Notes: a model not told the origin generated them from the sequence alone. A stretch of 64,000 bases of DNA from an uncultured Methanospirillum sp. (GCA_964637135.1 CAZWTX010000002.1:1-64000), one strand, 5' to 3'; shown: positions 9,598-20,020, counted from the first letter of the stretch. Numbers and translations are program-made.

Positions 9598-11088
9598 ATG
9601 TTTCAAGGTGAAACTGGCATTATAATCGCTTTTATCGTGTACCTGGCCGTCATGATCTCCATCGGGGTCATTTACTACCGGCGGACACATACCAACTGTG
9701 AATACATCCTTGGTAACCGGAAACTGAACCGGTTTGTCGGAGCGCTCAGTGCTGAGGCGTCAGATATGAGCGGTTGGCTGCTCATCGGTCTGCCTGGGCT
9801 TGCCTATGCCTCGGGCATGGAAGCGATGTGGGTAGCCCTCGGCCTTGTGATTGGTACCTTCCTGAACTGGAAATTTGTTGCCAAGCGGCTTCGGATCTAC
9901 ACCGAATGTGCCAACAACTCCCTGACACTCCCTGATTTCTTCAGGAACCGGTTTGCTGACAAGACAGACCTCATCGGCGCCATTGCAGCGGTATTCATCC
10001 TGATATTCTTCCTGGTGTACACCTCTGCCCAGTTTGTTGCCAGCGGGAAACTCTTCAACACCGTATTCGGGATAAACTATACCACGGCCCTCCTCATTGG
10101 TGCCCTGATCGTCGTCTCATATACCTTCATCGGGGGATTTCTGGCTGTCTGCTGGACCGATTTCTTCCAGGGCCTCCTGATGCTCTTTGCCATACTCCTC
10201 GTCCCGATCGCCGCAATGGCAGTCATCGGCGGCCCGGTTGCGACCATCACCACCATCGAGGAGATCAATCCAAACCTGCTCAATCCATTGACGAGTGCCG
10301 ATGGATCCCCGCTCACCACCATCGCCATCGTCTCCCTCCTCGCCTGGGGGCTCGGGTACTTCGGTATGCCACATGTCCTCGTCAGGTTCATGGCGATTGA
10401 AAAAGCAACGCAGATAAAGGAAGCCCGGTTCGTGGCAATGGTCTGGGTTATCCTCTCCCTGTGTGCCGCGGTTGCCATCGGGCTTGTCGGACGGGTTTTC
10501 CTTTCAGAACCGCTTATCGGGGCTGATTCGGAGACCGTCTTCATGGTGATGACGAGCGAACTCTTCTTCTCCTTCATGGCCGGTATCATCCTGTGTGGTA
10601 TTCTTGCCGCCATCATGAGTACGGCATCTTCCCAGCTCCTGGTAACAGCTTCGGCGATCTCGCAGGATCTCTACAAGACCATTATCAGGAAGGACGCGTC
10701 AGACAACGAACTGATCTGGGTGAGCAGGTTTGCAGTTCTCGGGGTTGCACTTTGTGCTATCGTCCTCGGCCTGAACGAGAACAGCATGGTATTCGGTATC
10801 GTATCCTATGCCTGGGCAGGGTTCGGGGCAGCATTCGGGCCCACCCTCCTCCTCGCACTCTTCTGGAAACGGATGACCCGCGAGGGGGCCCTTGCCGGTA
10901 TCATCGTCGGCGGGCTCACCGTTCTCATCTGGAAACAGTTCACGTTCTTCGGTCTTTACGAGATCATACCCGGATTTTTCCTCTCCCTCATTGCCATCTA
11001 TGTCGTCAGCAAGATGACTCCCCCGCCGGGTACCGGTGTGACCGGGACATTCGAGCAGGTTGACGAGATAGATTTCAGAACAAACTAA
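9598..11088 (+). CDS. putP: Sodium/proline symporter
   Basis: ALSAEASDMSGWLLIGLPG, WGLGYFGMPHVLVRFMA, AAIMSTASSQLL and WAGFGAAFGP motifs. Confidence 0.95.
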   Translation: MFQGETGIIIAFIVYLAVMISIGVIYYRRTHTNCEYILGNRKLNRFVGALSAEASDMSGWLLIGLPGLAYASGMEAMWVALGLVIGTFLNWKFVAKRLRIYTECANNSLTLPDFFRNRFADKTDLIGAIAAVFILIFFLVYTSAQFVASGKLFNTVFGINYTTALLIGALIVVSYTFIGGFLAVCWTDFFQGLLMLFAILLVPIAAMAVIGGPVATITTIEEINPNLLNPLTSADGSPLTTIAIVSLLAWGLGYFGMPHVLVRFMAIEKATQIKEARFVAMVWVILSLCAAVAIGLVGRVFLSEPLIGADSETVFMVMTSELFFSFMAGIILCGILAAIMSTASSQLLVTASAISQDLYKTIIRKDASDNELIWVSRFAVLGVALCAIVLGLNENSMVFGIVSYAWAGFGAAFGPTLLLALFWKRMTREGALAGIIVGGLTVLIWKQFTFFGLYEIIPGFFLSLIAIYVVSKMTPPPGTGVTGTFEQVDEIDFRTN

Positions 11089-11411
11089 TTTTTTTCGGGT
11101 ATCTTTCAGGGGATTACGGGTCTCCTTGAAAGAAAGACGTATTACCGAGAAGGTGGTACCTGAGATCACCGAATGCAGCCTGAATCCTTTTCAGAGACCC
11201 CATCCCATTCTGGCAACCGCCCGCATTGCCTGTATCTCTGGTTCCACCACGGTGAACCGGTCTGTTCTGAACAACACCAGTATCGCCGGTGCCCGTATCC
11301 GTTCCTTGATTGCAGGGCTCGGCACCCGGAACCAGAGCACCTGCCCGGTGAGATCATCAGGCCGGGAACGGGCAGCAGCCTGCCGGAGACAAGTATTCTC
11401 GGGGAGACCGG

Positions 11412-11873
11412 TTATCCGTAACCGGATCCTGAAATTCCAACTGTTTCACCATATTGTACGGCGTGCCCCTGCATTGCCGCAACGAGGTCATTTTTCGTCG
11501 AACCTCCCGCGAGGGAGAGGACAGTATCCAGGCCGTACACCCTGAACTGGTACCGGTGCAGTTCGCCTGACGGAACATCCGGTCCGTGGTACCCGATCTC
11601 ACCGTAATCATTCGTTCCCTGGACTGCCATAACCGGGCTTGTAACGGTCGGCCCGGGGGGTATCCCCCGTGGGATCTCCCTGACGGGAGGAAGATTCCAG
11701 ATGATCCACGGGGTAAATGAACAGCATGATTTGATGAACGGGTTGAATACCATAACCGCATAGCTGACTGCAGTCGGGGCAGAGATCCTGATAGCCGGAC
11801 TGATATTTCCTCCATGCCAGGTATAACCGGGGGGAAATTCAAGGAAGGGAAGTTCTACGATGATCGGTTCCAT
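11412..11873 (-). CDS. YbhB/YbcL (PEBP/Raf kinase inhibitor-like) protein
   Basis: GGNISP, WIIWNLP, QGTNDYGEIGYHGP and HRYQFRVYGLD motifs; start chosen at ATG 11873. Confidence 0.88.
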   Translation of the reverse strand: MEPIIVELPFLEFPPGYTWHGGNISPAIRISAPTAVSYAVMVFNPFIKSCCSFTPWIIWNLPPVREIPRGIPPGPTVTSPVMAVQGTNDYGEIGYHGPDVPSGELHRYQFRVYGLDTVLSLAGGSTKNDLVAAMQGHAVQYGETVGISGSGYG

Positions 11874-11955
11874 GGGTATCAATTCGCCGGTGATCCAGAG
11901 ATGGTACCCGGGAAGAAATGAGCCTATGGATCGGTGGATCAGTGCGATGACAGGC

Positions 11956-12669
11956 TCAGGGACAGGAGAACCCGGTCGTGATGAGCCGTTCATCCACCGG
12001 GGCCGGAACGAGGGTCGGGATGATCCCGGAGATGATGCTCACTCCGCCAAAAACCGCAAAGATGCCATCCACGCCATCGGGGACCTCATCCAGGCAGGAC
12101 TGGTCGTCCACCCTGAGATCGTTGCAGACCCGGGTGGCCACGGCATCAGCAAGGGAGGGATCGGGGGCAAAGACCGTCACACTGTCAGCGGTTCCGAGCG
12201 AGATGGAAGGACCGACCGTCGCCGATGAGGTGCAGATCCCGTATATACCCGGCCTTGGATCGATCACGAATGCATACGCTCCGGACAGAGGGGACGTGCC
12301 CGCGTACAGGCCAACCCGTACCGTCCGGTCTGATACGAGGGCGATATCCCCCCCGTTATCAATCACACAAAACCCGGCACCGCCGGCTATGGCAGCCTGC
12401 ACCCCGGCACCCGCAACGGTACCGGCAACCGCTGCCATCGGCCCCACCCGGGCGGCATCAGCCGCACGGGCCATGATACGGATGACCGGGTCGGAAGTAT
12501 CCACGGGGAGGGGATCAAAACTGGTCTGAAAAAAGGGATCCTGGCGGATATACCGTTCAATGGAGAGCCGTGCATCCTCCATACCCCTGCAGGCACCCGT
12601 GATCACTTCCGGTGAATCGGCAAGGACGGTCGCGATCGTCTCCTTGAGCTGGAAGTGATGCCTGATCAC
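11956..12669 (-). CDS. UPF0280 / COG2122 ApbE-like protein (sulfur assimilation)
   Basis: HFQLKETIATV, VGPMAAVAG, DNGGDIA, CTSSATVGPSISLG and ADAVAT motifs. Confidence 0.92.
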   Translation of the reverse strand: MIRHHFQLKETIATVLADSPEVITGACRGMEDARLSIERYIRQDPFFQTSFDPLPVDTSDPVIRIMARAADAARVGPMAAVAGTVAGAGVQAAIAGGAGFCVIDNGGDIALVSDRTVRVGLYAGTSPLSGAYAFVIDPRPGIYGICTSSATVGPSISLGTADSVTVFAPDPSLADAVATRVCNDLRVDDQSCLDEVPDGVDGIFAVFGGVSIISGIIPTLVPAPVDERLITTGFSCP

Positions 12670-12678
12670 GGGAGGATC

Positions 12679-13059
12679 CTAATACAGGATGGAGAGTGCC
12701 TGATGAGGACAGGCATACACACATTTGCCGCAGAGAATGCACTTCTTCTCTTCCACCTCAAGCTGCCATTCCCCGTTGAATGAGAAGACTCCCTTCGGAC
12801 AGACCGAGATGCAGGCCCCACAGTCGACACACTCCTCCTCGTCACGGCGGACCCCTTCATCAAGGATACTGACCTCTGCCCCGAGATCCCGCATCTTTGC
12901 CGATACGAGACGACATGATTCATCAGGTACGTCCACGAGGGCCTCCTCGCCCTCGCGGTTTGATTTTGCCCGGTCTACGTTGATGAGGATCCCGGTCTCC
13001 TTGACCGCCTGGGCGATGATCGGCCTGCTCCCGTGGGAGAGCCTGACAAGGAGTTTCAT
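12679..13059 (-). CDS. NIL domain + 2[4Fe-4S] ferredoxin (partner of the aspartate-semialdehyde sulfurtransferase)
   Basis: CVDCGACISVCP and CILCGKCVYACP; ATG 13059 overlaps the upstream TGA. Confidence 0.92.
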   Translation of the reverse strand: MKLLVRLSHGSRPIIAQAVKETGILINVDRAKSNREGEEALVDVPDESCRLVSAKMRDLGAEVSILDEGVRRDEEECVDCGACISVCPKGVFSFNGEWQLEVEEKKCILCGKCVYACPHQALSILY

Positions 13060-14567
13060 GGCTTGTCCCTCCCTTCGCGGAAGAGTTTCCCGAGATCGCT
13101 TGCATGGAGCAGGGCGATGCACTGGTTCCCGGCATCAACCACCGGGAGGGCACTGATACGGTGTTGTTCGAGTTTCCGTGCGGCTACATCGATGGGTTCA
13201 TCCGCACGGGCAGAGATGACATTCCTGGTCATGACATCCTTCACCTTTATCGTCCGGTTCGGCTGGGCAACTGCTTTCGTGACGTCAAACGTGGTCACCA
13301 CCCCGACCAGCTGGCCTTCTTCGTTCAGGACCGGGAGATGATTCGTCTCGCCACGGAGGAGTTTCTTTGCGGCACTCTGGATCTCCTCGTTCTCCTTAAC
13401 CGTGGTCACCTTCCGCTGCATGATCTCCTGGACCAGGGCAACCCGCTTTGTTTCCCGCATCGGTTTGACCTGCGTCGAGGGATCGAGCCGGCGGGTCGGG
13501 AGACAGAGGGTCATATCCCCTGCCTCTATCCAGGCCTTCAGGGTTTTTGCCACCTCGAGGGCTTTGCGGTAACTGGAGAGCGAAGAGGTCCGCACGTCTT
13601 CCCCGTTCAGTTCAATGCTCCCGCTCTTTAAATCGGCATAACTAACCTGTTTTATCACCGGCCGGTTCCGGGAGGGAACCCCGTAGTCCTTGATACTGAC
13701 ATGGATGTCCTCGTCCCGCACCGCCGTCCGCCTGACGACATCGATATCTATCACCGGGAGGGGAATTCCCACCCCGAGGTAGAGGGTGGGGCCGTACCGG
13801 CGGAAATAGGCTGCCCTGACATAATCAGTCGACATGTCGTTCATGTCGCCCGTTGTCATGAGGGTACTGAAATTTCCCGAAGAGGAATGCTGGGTCCCTT
13901 CCCCGACCACCATCCCCTGGGCACCGCCGAGGAAGATCGGAACCCCGCTGCCGATCAGCCGGAGGTCGGGATCGTTACAGATCGGGTTGAGCGTTCCTGC
14001 ACCGGAGTAGGACACGTTTCCTGAATGGGGAAGCAGCGTCCCCATGTATGTCAGGAGGGTTTCATCCGAGGTATTGGATGCAGCGTCGTACCGCTGGTAG
14101 GCATTGCGGGGATTGACCATGATCGCCTGGTTGAGATCCTCAAGATGGATATCCGTGGTGATGCTCCGGCGGGGATAACAGTCTGAACCCGAAGACTGGG
14201 CCCGCAGTTCGATGGATTTTCCGGCGATGAAATCCTCTATCACGTGGGCACCGCCGTAATTCTCAACCCGGGTCACCGATTTGTTCGTGGCACCGATATA
14301 CGTGTCAACCGCAGCAAGTCCGCCGTAGGCCTCGACATCGTTCAGCCAGAGCCGTTCCATCTTGATCGGGGGCTCGGCATGACCAAAGTTCAGGAAGGCT
14401 CCTGACGAGCACATCGCGCCAAAGGTCCCGGTCGTTACCACATCGACCTCCTTGAAGGCTCCTTCTTCGCCAAGCTCGCCGACGATGTCAGGCATCTCAT
14501 CGGCAGTGACCACCCGGGCTGTCCCATCCCTGATCCGCCGGTTGATCTCATCGATGGACTTGTGCAT
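13056..14567 (-). CDS. L-aspartate semialdehyde sulfurtransferase (homocysteine biosynthesis, DUF39 + CBS pair)
   Basis: VDVVTTGTFGAMCSSGAFLNFGH, YGGAHVIED, NPRNAYQRY and YMGTLLP motifs; C-terminal CBS domains. Confidence 0.95.
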   Translation of the reverse strand: MHKSIDEINRRIRDGTARVVTADEMPDIVGELGEEGAFKEVDVVTTGTFGAMCSSGAFLNFGHAEPPIKMERLWLNDVEAYGGLAAVDTYIGATNKSVTRVENYGGAHVIEDFIAGKSIELRAQSSGSDCYPRRSITTDIHLEDLNQAIMVNPRNAYQRYDAASNTSDETLLTYMGTLLPHSGNVSYSGAGTLNPICNDPDLRLIGSGVPIFLGGAQGMVVGEGTQHSSSGNFSTLMTTGDMNDMSTDYVRAAYFRRYGPTLYLGVGIPLPVIDIDVVRRTAVRDEDIHVSIKDYGVPSRNRPVIKQVSYADLKSGSIELNGEDVRTSSLSSYRKALEVAKTLKAWIEAGDMTLCLPTRRLDPSTQVKPMRETKRVALVQEIMQRKVTTVKENEEIQSAAKKLLRGETNHLPVLNEEGQLVGVVTTFDVTKAVAQPNRTIKVKDVMTRNVISARADEPIDVAARKLEQHRISALPVVDAGNQCIALLHASDLGKLFREGRDKP

Positions 14568-14702
14568 AATACATATCCGTACGTCCTTCTTGGGGAAATA
14601 TATTCGCTGACAGGAACGATTCGAAGAAAATACCCGTTACACGGGATTCAGGTACTGCTTCTCCGGCGATCCCCATATCCCGTCCGACGCCGATTCATAC
14701 CC

Positions 14703-15110
14703 ATGCATCTCTGGCTGAGGATCCTGCTCTCCGGCATCGTCACCTGGCTTATCCCGTTTCTTGTCGCGATTCCGTTTTACCAGCCGGACGGAACCATGCT
14801 TACCGACCCGGCCCTGTTCAAGAGTATCATGGTCGTTACCGGTGGACTGACCGGATCGCTCCTGCTCATCCACCTCTTCCGGCAGGAGACCGGGCAGTAC
14901 CTCCGCCTCGGCATCATCACGGGATCTGCCTGGATCGTGATAAACTGGCTGTTGGATAGTGCCATCCTCATTCCGATGAGCGGGGATGACATCCCGGCAT
15001 ACCTGGCAGACATCGGTCTCCGGTACCTCCTTCTTCCCATCATGACGATCATGGCCGGTATTATCGCCGCCGATGCTGCGGAGAGGAACCGGAACCGTCC
15101 TTTAGATTGA
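14703..15110 (+). CDS. Hypothetical membrane protein
   Basis: WLIPFLVAIPFY, FKSIMVV, WIVINWLLD and DIGLRYL; 4 TM helices; start chosen at ATG 14703. Confidence 0.8.
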   Translation: MHLWLRILLSGIVTWLIPFLVAIPFYQPDGTMLTDPALFKSIMVVTGGLTGSLLLIHLFRQETGQYLRLGIITGSAWIVINWLLDSAILIPMSGDDIPAYLADIGLRYLLLPIMTIMAGIIAADAAERNRNRPLD

Positions 15111-15136
15111 TGTGATCCGGAGACAGTACTCTGATA

Positions 15137-15691
15137 ATGACTGAGGGTGGCAGCGGTGGATCAGGGCGGTGGGTTGCCGATCTCTGGTACCTCATGGCCG
15201 GCCGGATTGCTCCCCCCCTCTGCTGTACTTCGCCTCCCCCGGCATTTCTTCTCGTTCGCCAGGCAATACGGGAGATTGGTGAGAAAAACGGAGATATTGA
15301 CCAGGCAGTGCTGATCCTGCGGGATCTCATCTCATCCTGCCCGTCCGAAGGATTTGTGTACGAGCAGGCCGGTCAGTTACTCAACATCATCGGATGGCGA
15401 CAGAAATACCACCAGGAATGGTTTTCCCGGGACGTTCATGGAACCAGGCTGCATACCGGCCGGTGTGGCCAGCATATCGCCCATGCGCTCGCCCTCATGA
15501 ACACCGGTTCAGATGATGAAGCCATGGAATTATCGGGCAGGATTATCCGGGAAGGGACACCCGGTTCAGACGATATCACGATTGCCCACCTGATCAGGGC
15601 TGCCATTCAGATCTGTACCGGGGAGATCGATGCCGGTGAAACTGAACTGGCACTGATATCAGCGGGTTTATCGGGGAACCAGAGAGACTGA
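15137..15691 (+). CDS. Hypothetical helical (TPR-like) protein
   Basis: 184 aa with TPR-like helix pairs; closely spaced with same-strand neighbours. Confidence 0.65.
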   Translation: MTEGGSGGSGRWVADLWYLMAGRIAPPLCCTSPPPAFLLVRQAIREIGEKNGDIDQAVLILRDLISSCPSEGFVYEQAGQLLNIIGWRQKYHQEWFSRDVHGTRLHTGRCGQHIAHALALMNTGSDDEAMELSGRIIREGTPGSDDITIAHLIRAAIQICTGEIDAGETELALISAGLSGNQRD

Positions 15692-15701
15692 GAGATACTC
15701 T

Positions 15702-16190
15702 GTGAGGAATGGCATGGATAAACGGATAGTATATGGTATCGGATCAGGATTTGTTATTCTCTGCATCCTTGTTGCCGGGGTACTGCTTGCCTCGTCCCAT
15801 TCATATGATTCAACCCCCCGCGAGACTGCGGAATCGGTGAACATTACCGTCCCGGCTCCTCCGGTGCAGGAAACCCATGAAACCCGGGTTACTCTGGCGT
15901 ATACGATTGAGACCTCGCCGTTCTCTGATGCCGGTCTTGACCTCATGAAAGTCGAGGTGATTGATCCTGAAGAAGGAACCGTGCTGAAGGCTTTCACCGG
16001 GGACCGGCTGGCGGAAGTGTTCACGCCGGGAACCGGAACGCGGGTTCCTTCGGTATCCGTCCGGCTGGACCTGGACAGGGAAACAATACCCGAAACGCTT
16101 ACTCACCGGCTCACGTTTATCTCGAAGAACCGGGCGGTTCTCCCGATTGTTGTCTCCGGCGGTGATACGCCCGTCTCTCCCCAATCCTGA
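15702..16190 (+). CDS. Membrane-anchored exported protein resembling the N-terminal domain of some M23 peptidases
   Basis: N-terminal TM; LAYTIE...KVEVID...LDLD...PETLTHRLTF pattern; no M23 catalytic motifs. Confidence 0.55.
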   Translation: MRNGMDKRIVYGIGSGFVILCILVAGVLLASSHSYDSTPRETAESVNITVPAPPVQETHETRVTLAYTIETSPFSDAGLDLMKVEVIDPEEGTVLKAFTGDRLAEVFTPGTGTRVPSVSVRLDLDRETIPETLTHRLTFISKNRAVLPIVVSGGDTPVSPQS

Positions 16191-16276
16191 TCAAAAAGCC
16201 GGGGATCTCCCTCCTCTTTATCTGGGGCCGGGTCGGGATCACAACTGACTAATCCGTCCCTGACAATCACAGGTAC

Positions 16277-17914
16277 ATGAGAGCCCTCAATAGACTGGTG
16301 ATCATCCTGCTGATGGTGTCAGGTTTCATCCTCGTACCATCATCCGCCGGAGAACCATCCGGTCATGAAGCAATGGAGCAATACCTCGGGGATATCACCG
16401 GAGAAATCACTGATACCCTCCTCGATCTCCAGGCTGCCAACGAAGAGAGTGCAGCCAGGATCGGGGAGCACTGGAATGAATCCGCACAACTGAAAGAGAT
16501 TCTGACAACCAAGATTGAAACGGTGCCGGCCGGGAAATCCTCCCTGATCATCGATCAGAACGGTACCGTGCTTATGGCAGCTCCGGCAATCCAGGAGTCG
16601 CTTATCGGGCACGATCTCGGGTACCAGCCAGAAGTCCAGGAGGCAAACCGCCTGCAGGAGCCGATCCTGAGCAGTGTTTTCCCGCTTGAGGAGGGATTCT
16701 CCGGAATTTCCCTCTCGTACCCGGTCTTCTCTGCTGAGAACGACTACCTCGGGTATACCGATATCACCTTCAGCCCCCAGGATCTGATCGGGGAGATCAT
16801 CAGGCCGATCCTGAAAAATACCCCGTATGACCTGATGATACTCCAGACCGACGGCCTGGTCATATACGAGACCAATCCGGAGGAGGTCGGGAGAAACGTG
16901 CTGACCGATACCCTCTATTCCTCCGATGAGATGAAGACCGTCAGCAGCGCCATCACGACGGAACCGGAGGGGACCGCAACATACCGGTTCTGGAACCGGA
17001 ACTGGAACGAGGAAACGAGCCGGGAGATAACCTGGAAGACCCTTGCATTCAACGAACGGAAATGGGTGATTGCGATAATCGGGGATAGTGAGGATACCCT
17101 GACCGCCAGCGGGGATGAACCTGAACCCTCGCCGTCAGCACTCAGGGATGAGATCCGGGAAATCACGCTGTTCGTGGAGAATGCCACCGATTTTGCCCGG
17201 GCAACCGGTGCTGAAGATGCACGTTTGGCATTCAACAATCTCTCCGGTCAGTTCGTAGATGGAGAGCGGTACATCTTCGCGTATGATATGAACGGAACCT
17301 GTCTCGCCCTGCCGTACCAGCCCGGCCTCATCGGGGAGAACCGGATGAACAACACCGATCCGAACGGCAACCGGTATATCGAACTGCTGACTGACCTTGC
17401 CAGGGACGGAGGCGGTGCAACCTATTACCTCTATCAGAATCCTGACCAGGGATACGAGAACCAGATGAAATATGTCGTCGTCCGCCCGGTTGATGAATCC
17501 TGGTTCATCGGATCGGGGTTGTATCTTCCCGGGGTGGATGCAGCGGTATCCGGGGAGGAGAAAAACGACCTTGTCACCCGGGTGAGAACCGCTAGTACTG
17601 CCGGGGAGACCATGGGCAGGGAAACGGCAGTTGCCGGGTTCACCGATGTCGTAGCGTATGACATGCACGGAACCGCTCTTGCCCGTCCCGATACCCCGGA
17701 TCTCGTCGGAAAGAACCTGCTCGACGAGGAAGACTCATTCGAAAGCCGGGTGATACTCCTTGCGAGGAATGTCGCCGGGCGGGGAGGCGGATTCATCTAT
17801 GCCGTATCGGAAAACCCGGGTACCGGCCTCAATGAACTGGCTCTCTGGTACGTCGAACCGGTTGACGATACCTGGTTTGTGGGCTCGTCGATGAATCTCG
17901 GAGCCGTTGCTTAA
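16277..17914 (+). CDS. Secreted multi-Cache-domain protein (dCache + two sCache_2-like)
   Basis: Signal peptide; YIFAYDMNGTCLALPYQPGLIGEN...DPNG and WFIGSGLY repeated; no second TM and no output domain. Confidence 0.85.
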   Translation: MRALNRLVIILLMVSGFILVPSSAGEPSGHEAMEQYLGDITGEITDTLLDLQAANEESAARIGEHWNESAQLKEILTTKIETVPAGKSSLIIDQNGTVLMAAPAIQESLIGHDLGYQPEVQEANRLQEPILSSVFPLEEGFSGISLSYPVFSAENDYLGYTDITFSPQDLIGEIIRPILKNTPYDLMILQTDGLVIYETNPEEVGRNVLTDTLYSSDEMKTVSSAITTEPEGTATYRFWNRNWNEETSREITWKTLAFNERKWVIAIIGDSEDTLTASGDEPEPSPSALRDEIREITLFVENATDFARATGAEDARLAFNNLSGQFVDGERYIFAYDMNGTCLALPYQPGLIGENRMNNTDPNGNRYIELLTDLARDGGGATYYLYQNPDQGYENQMKYVVVRPVDESWFIGSGLYLPGVDAAVSGEEKNDLVTRVRTASTAGETMGRETAVAGFTDVVAYDMHGTALARPDTPDLVGKNLLDEEDSFESRVILLARNVAGRGGGFIYAVSENPGTGLNELALWYVEPVDDTWFVGSSMNLGAVA

Positions 17915-17949
17915 ATCCACGGATCGGAACACCCGCTATTCCCTTTTTC

Positions 17950-19953
17950 TTGAAACAACATATCATGATTATGATGCCAGCACGTCTGAACCGGATACTC
18001 AGGATAGTCCTGATACTCCTGATTCTACTCCTCACCGGGGGAGGAGTGACCGGAGATACATCAACGCCCGCTGATGAACCATCCTCTCCGCCGGCCGGAA
18101 CCCTGATCATGGTGTATATGATCGGAAGTGATCTGGAGAGCGGAGAAGGAGCCGGTACCGCCGATCTCATGGAGATCGTCGACGGATATACTGGTGCCAG
18201 CCCGCACGATCTCCAGATCGTTGTTGCATACGGAGGATCGACGACACCAGGCTGGAACGGCATAAGGATCGCAACCGTTGAGAACCTTACAAAAGATGCT
18301 GAAAACGGGATTTTTGGCGATGAGGGGTATGAAATCAGCCGGAATGAGGGGGCAAACATGGCCAGCGCCGAAACCCTTGCCTCCTTCCTTGCCGACGTCT
18401 CTGCATGGTATCCCGCAGACCGGGTTATGCTCATCTTCTGGGACCATGGCATGGCATACGACGGGTTTGGTCTCGACGAGGAGACCGGTGACGAACTCTC
18501 GCTTGACGATCTCGACCAGGCCCTCGGTGAAGGGTCACTCCCGATCAGCATGATCGGATTTGATGCCTGTCTGATGGGTTCACTTGAAGTCGCAGCGGTC
18601 CTTTCCCCGTACAGCGAGTACCTGGTCGCATCCACGGAGTTGGAACCGGGCGGAGGGTGGCGGTACGATCGCTGGGTCCAGGAGCTGGCTGCCGATCCCA
18701 CGATGGATACCGAAACAATCGGCAAAACCATCGCCGATACCTACATGGAAACGGAGGAGAGCGGAAAAACCCTCTCGGTCATCAGGCTTTCAGCCATCCC
18801 TGCACTTCTTGAAGCCCTTGATAAGGTCGGTTCAGGTCTGAATCCGGCCCTCGTCTCACCGGAGGGCTTTTACACACTCGGGAGGGCCTTTGGAGGTACC
18901 ACCCGGTTCGGCGTGGAACCCGGGACCTCGGATACGGACACCACCATGGATCTCGGGATATTTGCACAGAACGTGAGAGAGACAATGCCGGATCTTGCAG
19001 ATCCCATTGCCAATCTCCTTGACCGGATCGCCGAGACGGTCGTGTATGAACGCCATGACGCTTTTATCCCCGAGACCCTCGGGATCTCAATCCTCTCTCC
19101 GACCGCACTCTCCTGGGAGGATTACACCGGGAAACAGGCTGTTCTCTCCCTCACCCCGGGGTGGGATACCTTCTTTGCCTCCTACCTCACCCGGACCGGT
19201 GATGACCTGGAGAAACCTGCCCTGTCAGCGACGGAGACGGGAACGTACGAAATAGACGATCCCTATAACGCGGCAGACGTCTACGCCGATTACTACCTCG
19301 TGGATGAGGCCGGTGTCCTTCTCCTCGGGTCAGACCCGGTTTTTCCTGACGACGAAGGATACTATGAAATCCCGGAATGGGACGGAAGATGGATGTACCT
19401 TACAGATCCAGATGATCCTGACCAGTATGCCCTGATGGAGTTTTATTTTGAGACCATTCTTCCGGACGGGACATACAAGTATTCAACCGAGATCGACATC
19501 GAGCGGAACGGTTCGGTGAAAGAAGCGGTGATGTACACGTATCTTACCCCGGAGAGCGGGGAGATGACCATCAGCATCACGCCGTACACCGTCCGGCCGG
19601 ACGGAGAGACGATCTTTGCCCGGAGTTCGATGATGCCTGAACCCGGCGATATCATCACCACCTATGCGATGCAGTACACCGATGAGATGGAAGAGACAGA
19701 GATGACTCCCATCGGTTCGATCACGATCACCGAAGGAACCGAGCTCATGTATGATCTCCTTCCGGACGGAACCTATGCGATCGGTCTTTCCACGGGATAT
19801 GCTCCAGGAGAGGAATCGTATTCAGATTTCGGGATCTATACCCTGTCGGATGGCATACTCACCCCCGAACGTATCGAGGATGATGAGGAGACCGGGTTCA
19901 TACCAGAATCCGGTGACCTGGAAGAGAATAACAGCGGGGACGTTTCACCCTGA
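17950..19953 (+). CDS. Clostripain family (C11) cysteine peptidase, secreted
   Basis: VYMIGSDLES, FWDHG (catalytic His), GFDACLM (catalytic Cys) and ASTELEPG motifs. Start may be a nearby ATG (about 17964-17973). Confidence 0.9.
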   Translation: MKQHIMIMMPARLNRILRIVLILLILLLTGGGVTGDTSTPADEPSSPPAGTLIMVYMIGSDLESGEGAGTADLMEIVDGYTGASPHDLQIVVAYGGSTTPGWNGIRIATVENLTKDAENGIFGDEGYEISRNEGANMASAETLASFLADVSAWYPADRVMLIFWDHGMAYDGFGLDEETGDELSLDDLDQALGEGSLPISMIGFDACLMGSLEVAAVLSPYSEYLVASTELEPGGGWRYDRWVQELAADPTMDTETIGKTIADTYMETEESGKTLSVIRLSAIPALLEALDKVGSGLNPALVSPEGFYTLGRAFGGTTRFGVEPGTSDTDTTMDLGIFAQNVRETMPDLADPIANLLDRIAETVVYERHDAFIPETLGISILSPTALSWEDYTGKQAVLSLTPGWDTFFASYLTRTGDDLEKPALSATETGTYEIDDPYNAADVYADYYLVDEAGVLLLGSDPVFPDDEGYYEIPEWDGRWMYLTDPDDPDQYALMEFYFETILPDGTYKYSTEIDIERNGSVKEAVMYTYLTPESGEMTISITPYTVRPDGETIFARSSMMPEPGDIITTYAMQYTDEMEETEMTPIGSITITEGTELMYDLLPDGTYAIGLSTGYAPGEESYSDFGIYTLSDGILTPERIEDDEETGFIPESGDLEENNSGDVSP

Positions 19954-20020
19954 ACGCGTCAGTATCCGGCATACCCTGACGGCCGGCCATCGAACCCCTC
20001 CGGGAAGAACGATCACCGGT

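Noticed and set aside
11089..11411. Short ORFs between putP and the PEBP gene
   Set aside because: No motif or good start; convergent intergenic region.
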